Assembly (NCBI GenBank): GCA_037444445.1
Contig: JBBIMK010000014.1
Coordinates: 1 to 32,000 of the forward strand
Source: a bacterium
GTDB taxonomy: Bacteria; UBP7; UBA6624; JBBIMK01
Length of the DNA stretch: 32,000 nt
Reading direction: 5' to 3'
Shown: piece by piece, positions 26,107-32,000 of the stretch
Position numbering within the stretch: the stretch's first letter is position 1
Layout: each line of letters opens with the position of its first letter
The notes under the pieces: generated by a model
Seen by the model: the letters and a program-made list of their open reading frames with translations, nothing else
Told to the model about the DNA's origin: nothing
The model's database searches: none
Program-made: the position numbers and the translations under genes

Positions 26107-27191
26107 GAGTGGGGCTGGACATTTCCAGCATCGTTCACGGGGCGGGCATCGGACGGTATACCGCCCTCCTCGCCGACGCCCTGAACACTTTAACGGATAA
26201 AGAGGTGGAACTTTTCTTCTTCTCTCGCCGGAACTTGCCCATCCATCTCCGCTGGGAGAAGGCTCATATTCGGGTTCTTCCTTCCTCCCGTCTCCTCTAC
26301 CATCTGCTCTACCTCGGAATGGAGTTGAGAAAGGAGGGAGTGGAGGTTTTTCATTCTCCCGACTTTCTCCTCCCCCTCGGATTAAGGATACCGGGCATCA
26401 TCACCGTGCATGACCTGTCGCCGTGGGATGAGCCTGAGAGCGTGAGTCACCGGGCACGAATCCTGTATCGCTGGTTCCTCCCCGCCTCCATCCGAAAGGC
26501 GAGCAGGGTCGTTGTGGATTCCGGGTTCACCCGCTCCCGCTTGTGCCATCACTTTCCCCAATCTGCTGAAAAGGTTCAGGTAGTCTATCCCGGTATTTCA
26601 TCCGCCTTCAAGCCTCTTTCCCGGGAGAGGGTGGAAGAAGTCCTGTCTCGCTATCACATTTCCTCTCCCTATGCGTTGTTCGTGGGCACCCTGGAGGAGC
26701 GGAAGAATTTCCCTCTCCTATCCCGTGTAGTAGAAGGCTTGCAGAAGGACCATCCCATCGGCCTGGTGGTGGTGGGGCGGAAGGGAAGCGCAGGGTCTAA
26801 AATCCTCTCACAACTTCAAAAAATCCCTCACTTCCGGTGGGTTCCTCACCTGAACGATGAGGATTTATGTGCGGTTTACAGCGGCTGTGCCCTCTTCCTC
26901 TTTCCATCCCGGTATGAAGGCTTCGGCTACCCACCCCTGGAGGCTATGGCGTGTGGAGCGCCCGTGGTGGCAAGCAGGGTAGCCTCCCTGCCCGAATCCG
27001 TGGGTGAAGGAGGCATCCTCGTAGAACCCGAAGAAGAAACATTCCTGAAAGCCTCACGGCAGATATTGTCCGACGCTTCCTTTCGTGAAAGTCTCATCCA
27101 GAGGGGGAAAGAATGGGTGAAGCGGTTTCCTGCTTCCGCCACCGCAGTCGCTCTCCTTTCCCTGTATCGCTCCCTTGCCCCGCCAAAATAA
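26103..27191 (+). CDS. GT-B glycosyltransferase, family 4 (glycos_transf_1)
   Basis: 'FPSRYEGFGYPPLEAMACGAPVVAS' with the E-x7-E motif. The start codon overlaps the upstream stop (ATGA). Confidence 0.88.
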   Translation: MRVGLDISSIVHGAGIGRYTALLADALNTLTDKEVELFFFSRRNLPIHLRWEKAHIRVLPSSRLLYHLLYLGMELRKEGVEVFHSPDFLLPLGLRIPGIITVHDLSPWDEPESVSHRARILYRWFLPASIRKASRVVVDSGFTRSRLCHHFPQSAEKVQVVYPGISSAFKPLSRERVEEVLSRYHISSPYALFVGTLEERKNFPLLSRVVEGLQKDHPIGLVVVGRKGSAGSKILSQLQKIPHFRWVPHLNDEDLCAVYSGCALFLFPSRYEGFGYPPLEAMACGAPVVASRVASLPESVGEGGILVEPEEETFLKASRQILSDASFRESLIQRGKEWVKRFPASATAVALLSLYRSLAPPK

Positions 27192-27227
27192 TGACACCTT
27201 TTGGTGCCTGACCCCAAAAGGGTCATT
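27185..27227 (-). repeat. Quasi-palindromic intergenic element, copy D (inverted copy of C)
   Basis: The reverse complement reads AATGACCCTTTTGGGGTCAGGCACCAAAAGGTGTCATTATTTT, 1 mismatch to copy C over 43 nt. It contains the stop codon of the GT4 gene. Confidence 0.92.
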
Positions 27228-27283
27228 CCTATACTTTTAGACCCTATAACTTTAGAGGAGGCGGGGTAGGATGGATAGCGAAG

Positions 27284-28366
27284 ATGAAGGAACGATGGGT
27301 ATGGCTTAAAAACAATGTGTGGGGTGCCGGGTTCACGACGCAGAATCATTCTGCCGGGTTTGCTACCCTCCCGATTCGCCAGGCGCAGGGGTCTGGCGAC
27401 CTGACGGTTTCTGACTGGGTGTATAACCCCGCCGACGGAGTGGAAAGGGATTACCGGGTGAAAATCACTGCCCCGGGTGAGGTGGGCACCGCTCAGTTCC
27501 AGTGGAGTGATGATGGGGGTGTCACCTACAATGGTCCTCTCACTACCAGCACCACTCCCCAGGCTTTGAGCCACGGCATCACCATCGTTTTCGTTCCCGG
27601 AACCGGACAGGATTTCTACACCGATGATGCCTGGCAGTTCTACGGGTTGCTTCCCCATGGGTATAAAGCCTGCACCGATGAAAATCGGAACTCCACTTTC
27701 AAATCCTCCTCCGCCGTCTCTTCCGTCAATCCATTGATTTTGACGCTGGATTACTCGTCAGCCGGACGGATGGATGCCCTCATTCTGTATGATGCGGTGA
27801 ACTTAAGGAAGGTGGAGGTGGTGTGTGGGGATAGTTCGCCCCCGGCTACGCTTCTGACTGCACTGACCTTTTCCGCCTCGCCGGCGAAGATTTTCATAGA
27901 CCTTTCGGGGTTCAGTCCGACCCCACATCGCTACTGGGCATTGAAGTTCTATCCACTGACGGATGGGGTTCCTGTAGAAATTTCAGAAATGGTGGTGGGG
28001 GAGGCTTTGAATTTCAGCCCCTCGCCCCTACCACCCATTTTCGTTCAGAAGTGGGTGGAGGAGAAGGCAGGAATCCTCTATCGTTCCGGCTCCACGCTGT
28101 CTTTCTCTTATCCTGAACTTACTGCAAGCCAGCGAGAGGCGATGGAATTCTATTTATCCGAAGTTTTTCATTCATCCATTCAAAGGGCGGTGGCGGTGGC
28201 CCGCCTGCCCTCCGGCGCCTCCACTACCTATAAGGTCTGGCTGGGTTATCTGCGAGCCCGAGAGAAGGAAGTGGACGGACTAAAGCCTTATTTCTCCTAC
28301 CGGGAAGCGGATGCCTCCCACCAGGCCATTTCCTTCCTCCTTGATGAATTGCCTGAGGGCGTGTGA
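27284..28366 (+). CDS. Hypothetical protein (360 aa), beta-rich, no family recognised
   Basis: Long ORF with protein-like composition, such as 'VKITAPGEVGTAQFQWSDDGGVTYNG'. RBS support is weak. A phage structural origin is only a guess. Confidence 0.6.
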   Translation: MKERWVWLKNNVWGAGFTTQNHSAGFATLPIRQAQGSGDLTVSDWVYNPADGVERDYRVKITAPGEVGTAQFQWSDDGGVTYNGPLTTSTTPQALSHGITIVFVPGTGQDFYTDDAWQFYGLLPHGYKACTDENRNSTFKSSSAVSSVNPLILTLDYSSAGRMDALILYDAVNLRKVEVVCGDSSPPATLLTALTFSASPAKIFIDLSGFSPTPHRYWALKFYPLTDGVPVEISEMVVGEALNFSPSPLPPIFVQKWVEEKAGILYRSGSTLSFSYPELTASQREAMEFYLSEVFHSSIQRAVAVARLPSGASTTYKVWLGYLRAREKEVDGLKPYFSYREADASHQAISFLLDELPEGV

Positions 28367-28837
28367 GTGGGGCTGGGGAGTATGCCTGAAAAAATGAAAT
28401 ATGTGGTGTGGATAACCGGGAGGAGAGGGGTTCATGGGTTTTACTCTCAAAAGAGCCAACCGCCCCTCACTCTGGATGCCCGTGAAACGGTTACGATTTA
28501 CACCTTGGATGGACCCGTCTCCCTGCCCGTTTTACATATTTCTCCTTCCCTGAAACGGCTCAGCGCACTGCCTTACTCCTTGCTGACTGAGCGCTCTCGT
28601 CCCGTTGTGGAAGCACTTCTTGTGAACTCTGCCAGTGAAATCAGTGAACAATTCCTCCTGAACTCCCACCGGGTTTCAGGGATAATGGATACCTTTTACA
28701 ACGGAACTCTGCAGGTGGATGGGGTGAAGGAAGAGCCCGATGGCTTCCTGAAACTGGAGCCATTGTTTTCTGGCAGGATTACCCTCGTTCATCTCCTATC
28801 GGATGAAGTGAAAGTGAGAAGTGAGGGGTGGGAGTGA
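28367..28837 (+). CDS. Hypothetical protein (about 150 aa)
   Basis: The ORF abuts the stop of the upstream gene (TGAGTG). Alternative starts are ATG 28382 and 28394. No family recognised. Confidence 0.5.
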   Translation: MGLGSMPEKMKYVVWITGRRGVHGFYSQKSQPPLTLDARETVTIYTLDGPVSLPVLHISPSLKRLSALPYSLLTERSRPVVEALLVNSASEISEQFLLNSHRVSGIMDTFYNGTLQVDGVKEEPDGFLKLEPLFSGRITLVHLLSDEVKVRSEGWE

Positions 28838-28929
28838 AGAAGGGGAGGCAGGCAGGGTGAAGTGGAGAAGCGGGAGTCGGAGGATTGAAATTCAATGGTC
28901 TATTGTTCAAAAAAGGGGAGGGATATAGG

Positions 28930-29244
28930 ATGTCGCAAGTGAAGAAGTGGTGGAAGAAAATCCAGCGGTGGTTTCGGAAGGAATTCCGGGACCCGGTGAA
29001 GGAAACCCTGAACGAAATGGTGAACCGGCTGGAAGAAGTTTACAGGCGGTTTGAACCCGCCATAGCGGAGGATATGTCCATTCTCACAATTACCGTCCTC
29101 AACGCCAGCCTGAGCATCCTGATGGGGCAGAAGGAGAAAGCCCGAAAAGACTTGAAGGAGGTCTGGCGAAAGATGCGGAGCCGACGCGATGAAATTCTCA
29201 CAGCCATAGAAGAAGTGCTAACGGAACTCCATAACACCCCATAG
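28930..29244 (+). CDS. Hypothetical basic, helical protein (104 aa)
   Basis: ATG 28930 is preceded by GGGGAGGG with 8-nt spacing; the ORF track starts at 28885. Lys/Arg/Trp-rich N-terminus 'SQVKKWWKKIQRWFRKEFR'. Confidence 0.55.
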   Translation: MSQVKKWWKKIQRWFRKEFRDPVKETLNEMVNRLEEVYRRFEPAIAEDMSILTITVLNASLSILMGQKEKARKDLKEVWRKMRSRRDEILTAIEEVLTELHNTP

Positions 29245-29259
29245 GCAGGAGCCAGTTTG

Positions 29260-29268
29260 TGGTATGAT
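29260..29268 (+). promoter_or_regulatory. Extended -10 element (TGGTATGAT) upstream of tRNA-Lys
   Basis: TGGTATGAT ends about 11 nt before the first tRNA base. Confidence 0.5.
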
Positions 29269-29279
29269 TAGATACCGGT

Positions 29280-29352
29280 GAGCCGCTAGCTCAGTCGGTA
29301 GAGCACTGGACTTTTAATCCAGGGGTCGCAGGTTCGATTCCTGTGCGGCTCA
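29280..29352 (+). tRNA. tRNA-Lys (anticodon UUU), CCA not encoded
   Basis: Hand-folded cloverleaf. Acceptor GAGCCGC/GCGGCTC. D-arm GCTC-AGTCGGTA-GAGC. Anticodon arm CTGGA-CTTTTAA-TCCAG. Variable loop GGGTC. T-arm GCAGG-TTCGATT-CCTGT. Discriminator A followed by CAC. Confidence 0.93.
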
Positions 29353-29444
29353 CACCTTCTTTATATCGGTTCCCGGCGAGGGAGCAGAGTGGAAGGACGC
29401 GATTTGTGCGCCCTGCATCTTCTTTACACTCCCTTCTATTGTCT

Positions 29445-30350
29445 TCAGTAGCGTTCTATCGGGTAGCGCCAGTCCTTGTCCAGGCACATAGGGGAGATGC
29501 GGGTGATGGTGGGGCTTTTCCTCTTGTGCTCGTTCTTGATGACACGCTGGTGTATTTCTTCTACCACTCTCAGGGGAACATGCAAATAGGCGGATGCGAT
29601 AACTGGTGAGAATTCCATATCCACGAGGGCATACAGGATGTGGTCTATCAGTCGGTAGGTGTGCCCTAACTCGGCCTCTGTGGTTTGCCCCTTCCATAAG
29701 CCGGGAGATGGAGCCTTCTGGATGATGGCGGTGGGTATGCCCATAAAGTCGGCGAGTTGCCATACCTGAGTTTTGTATAAATCGCCGATGGGGTAAATGT
29801 CGGCGCCCATATCGCCATATTTCGTGCCGTAGCCCAATAACAGTTCGCTCTTGTTACTGGTGCCGATGAAAAGAGCGTTTCTAAGGTTGGCATAGATGTA
29901 GCCTATGATCATGCGGATCCGGGGCTTGATGTTGGCATAGGCTATCCGGTTGCCCCTGTGGGTGAGGCGGGGTTGTATCTTTATAAATTCTTCTATCAGT
30001 GAATTGATGGGAATGACGGCGCAGTCCGCTTTCAACCGCCTGGCTAAAGATAGGGCATCCTGTGTATCTTTATCCGGTGTAATGCCTTTTTCTGGCATCA
30101 AAAGGAGGAGGAGTTTTTTACCGAGGGCGAGGGAGGAAAGGGTGGCGACGAGAGAGGAATCTATACCACCGGAGAGGGCTACCACGCCCCCATTGAGGCT
30201 GGCTTTCTCTACCCGGGTGCGGATGGAGTTGACTATTACTTCTAAAATCTTGTGCAATTGTTCAGGATGGAATTCTATGGAAAAGGGATAGGAATCAGGC
30301 AAGGGCTGTGGGAGATTCTGGATATGCTTTTCATCTTTCAAATTTCTCAT
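29445..30350 (-). CDS. nadE: NAD+ synthetase, synthetase (PP-loop ATP pyrophosphatase) subunit
   Basis: 'VVALSGGIDSS' PP-loop and 'GTSNKSELLLGYGTKYGDMGADIYPIGDLYKTQV', typical of NadE. Confidence 0.9.
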   Translation of the reverse strand: MRNLKDEKHIQNLPQPLPDSYPFSIEFHPEQLHKILEVIVNSIRTRVEKASLNGGVVALSGGIDSSLVATLSSLALGKKLLLLLMPEKGITPDKDTQDALSLARRLKADCAVIPINSLIEEFIKIQPRLTHRGNRIAYANIKPRIRMIIGYIYANLRNALFIGTSNKSELLLGYGTKYGDMGADIYPIGDLYKTQVWQLADFMGIPTAIIQKAPSPGLWKGQTTEAELGHTYRLIDHILYALVDMEFSPVIASAYLHVPLRVVEEIHQRVIKNEHKRKSPTITRISPMCLDKDWRYPIERY

Positions 30351-30367
30351 ATCCCCTATCCCATTTC

Positions 30368-31189
30368 CTATTTCCTTTCATCAAAAGCCTGGAGGAGTTC
30401 CTCCAGCACATCCTTACGGAGTTCACGGATCCGAATATCGCGACTCCTGACGATTTGTGCATCTTGCGAGGGCAATTGTGCGACGACCCAATCTTCCTCA
30501 AGGAATTTACCTCTTGAAATGATATTCCCATGGGCATTGATGACCATACTACCACCCCAGTAAGAGACACCATCGTGGCACCCTGTGGAGTTGCAGAATA
30601 GGACGGGGATGATATTGTCCATAGCACGGACGCGGAGGTAATGCTCCCAGATTTCGTCCTTTCCGCGGTCGTAGGGGGAGGCGGAAAGGCAAACGAGGAA
30701 GTGGGCATTGCGGAGGGTGAGGATTCGTGCAGGTTCGGGAAACCACATATCCTCGCAAATGAGGACCCCCAGGTTTCCTGCAGGGGTGGCGATGGGGGTG
30801 AAGGTCTTGCCCGGCTGGAAGTAGCGCTTCTCATCAAACAGGCGGTAGTTGACCAGCTGGGTTTTGTGAACAATTCCTGCTATGCGCCCTCTAAAAACGA
30901 TGGCTGCGGAATTATATAAGAAACCCGATGAGTCCCGGGCTACATACCCGATGACCGCCGTGAAGCCTCTCACTTTTTTCACCAGGCTCCGGAGGGCTCC
31001 CTCGTTCTCCTCCACCTTATCCAGGTAGACATCCCCTGCGCCGAAGCCCAGAAGTGCCATCTCCGGTGTCACCAGCAGGTCAATTTTCTCACTCTTCGCC
31101 CTTTCTATGGCATCGGAAACCTTCCGGGTATTCCCTTTCACATCGCCCAGCCGGGTTTCTATCTGCGCCAGTGCAATCCGCTTGAACAC
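30368..31189 (-). CDS. Carbon-nitrogen hydrolase (nitrilase superfamily); probable glutaminase subunit of NAD+ synthetase
   Basis: CN-hydrolase triad contexts 'LLVTPEMAL' (Glu), 'VHKTQL' (Lys), 'VLICEDMWFPE' (Cys). GTG start. It lies 17 nt upstream of nadE on the same strand. Confidence 0.8.
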   Translation of the reverse strand: MFKRIALAQIETRLGDVKGNTRKVSDAIERAKSEKIDLLVTPEMALLGFGAGDVYLDKVEENEGALRSLVKKVRGFTAVIGYVARDSSGFLYNSAAIVFRGRIAGIVHKTQLVNYRLFDEKRYFQPGKTFTPIATPAGNLGVLICEDMWFPEPARILTLRNAHFLVCLSASPYDRGKDEIWEHYLRVRAMDNIIPVLFCNSTGCHDGVSYWGGSMVINAHGNIISRGKFLEEDWVVAQLPSQDAQIVRSRDIRIRELRKDVLEELLQAFDERK

Positions 31190-31307
31190 AATTCCTTCAC
31201 CGTCCTACCTTCATTATATCATTGAGGGATTGAACGGTGGAGCGTAGCGCCGGCATTCCTGCCGGCTTTCTTCATGACAGGAGCGGTTGCCGACCGGGAA
31301 GTCGGCG

Positions 31308-32000
31308 TTACGACTGCACCGGAGGGAGCCTTCCGCGCAATCGGTAGAGTTGTGCGAGGGAGAGATGCGCCCGGTAAAGGGAGTCTATGTAGACCAGTTG
31401 AGCGGAGAGAACATCGCTTTCCGCCCGGAGGACTTCCAGAAGGGTGACGAACCCCACATCATAGCGGGCGCGCACTCCTTCCAGGCTTTTTCTGGAAGAG
31501 ATGAGGGCTTGCCGGGCTGATTCGGCCTGGGCGATGGCGCTCTGCACCCCACGGAGGGCATTCCGTCCTTCTTGCTCCACTCTCTTTTTCTGGAATGAAT
31601 ACGACTGCTGGAGGGAGAACAGGGTGGCTTGAGGGGGAGCGGGCTCCCGCTTTTCCATCCCAAAGGTGGTGGAATAAACCATCTCCGCCTGCCAGCCAGT
31701 GTATTTCAGGCTTTCTATGGATTGAGGGTGGTCGGCGCCCGTGCCCTGTAGCCCTAAGGTGAAATTCAATCTCCAGTCACCCTTCCCACGCCCCCGGGAT
31801 GCAGACAGTTCAATCTCCGCACTCCTCTGTTGCAATGAAAGATTTTGAAGCGCCGGCGAATCCTTTATGATTTCTTTTAATATCTTTGCCTCTTCTATAT
31901 TCCCATCCCCCGGCCATGGAACGCTCACAACGGGCTCTTTCAGCGGTTCCACCTGAAACTCTATGCCGAAGGGGAGATTCAGGAGCACCGACAGTTGCTC
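31308..32000 (-). CDS. TolC-like outer-membrane efflux protein, C-terminal part (N-terminus outside the window)
   Basis: The ORF is open to the window end. The OEP-family C-terminal repeat reads 'SLEGVRARYDVGFVTLLEVLRAESDVLSAQLVYIDSLYRAHLSLAQLYRLRG'. Confidence 0.8.
   Translation of the reverse strand, partial: EQLSVLLNLPFGIEFQVEPLKEPVVSVPWPGDGNIEEAKILKEIIKDSPALQNLSLQQRSAEIELSASRGRGKGDWRLNFTLGLQGTGADHPQSIESLKYTGWQAEMVYSTTFGMEKREPAPPQATLFSLQQSYSFQKKRVEQEGRNALRGVQSAIAQAESARQALISSRKSLEGVRARYDVGFVTLLEVLRAESDVLSAQLVYIDSLYRAHLSLAQLYRLRGRLPPVQS

Noticed and set aside
8743-29244. A single prophage spanning the portal gene and the unknown ORFs near tRNA-Lys
   Set aside because: The two loci are separated by about 17 kb of core genes (lnt, recF, dnaN, maeB). 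No terminase, capsid, tail or integrase genes are present.
29280-29444. tRNA-Lys as the attachment site of an integrated island
   Set aside because: No integrase is present. Downstream of the tRNA 3' end lie housekeeping genes (nadE). I saw no direct repeat of the tRNA 3' half by eye, but this was not searched exhaustively.
31249-31275. Strong terminator-like hairpin GCCGGCA-TTCC-TGCCGGC followed by TTTCTT on the plus strand
   Set aside because: Both flanking genes are on the minus strand, where the hairpin has no U-tract. No plus-strand gene ends here. It may stabilise or attenuate the minus transcript, but a terminator call cannot be supported.

Overview
Chromosomal window from an unidentified diderm bacterium (Lnt and a TolC-like gene are present). 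It uses strong GGAGG-type ribosome-binding sites and several extended -10 (TGnTATAAT-like) promoters. No taxon can be assigned from the sequence alone.

Gene order, left to right:
- 3' end of a beta-class DNA methyltransferase.
- A signalling cassette: secreted vWA / transmembrane / zinc-ribbon / FHA protein, PP2C phosphatase, and a non-RD Ser/Thr kinase fused to a PQQ-like propeller.
- An M1 aminopeptidase with a HEAT-repeat tail.
- A small unknown gene.
- A perfect 3 x 110-bp tandem repeat array.
- An orphan HK97-type phage portal gene.
- A minus-strand housekeeping block: speE-like, lnt, pterin dehydratase, recF, dnaN.
- An AT-rich region with DnaA-box-like sites (candidate oriC, no dnaA nearby).
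- A MobA-like nucleotidyltransferase, then a TPR protein and maeB on the minus strand.
- A small membrane protein plus a secreted protein built of 32-residue helical repeats.
- A lone AddA-like helicase-nuclease with two glycosyltransferases.
- Three unknown ORFs, then tRNA-Lys(UUU).
- A split NAD synthetase (nadE plus a CN-hydrolase subunit) and a partial TolC-like gene.

The most unusual signal is at DNA level. A family of about 45-bp quasi-palindromic elements sits at transcription-unit boundaries as two near-identical inverted pairs. The elements supply the final Lys codon and the stop codon of three unrelated genes. They are related to the 110-bp tandem array upstream of the portal gene.

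No CRISPR array, transposase, integrase or recognisable defence system was seen. All family assignments were made by eye from motifs, not by database search.
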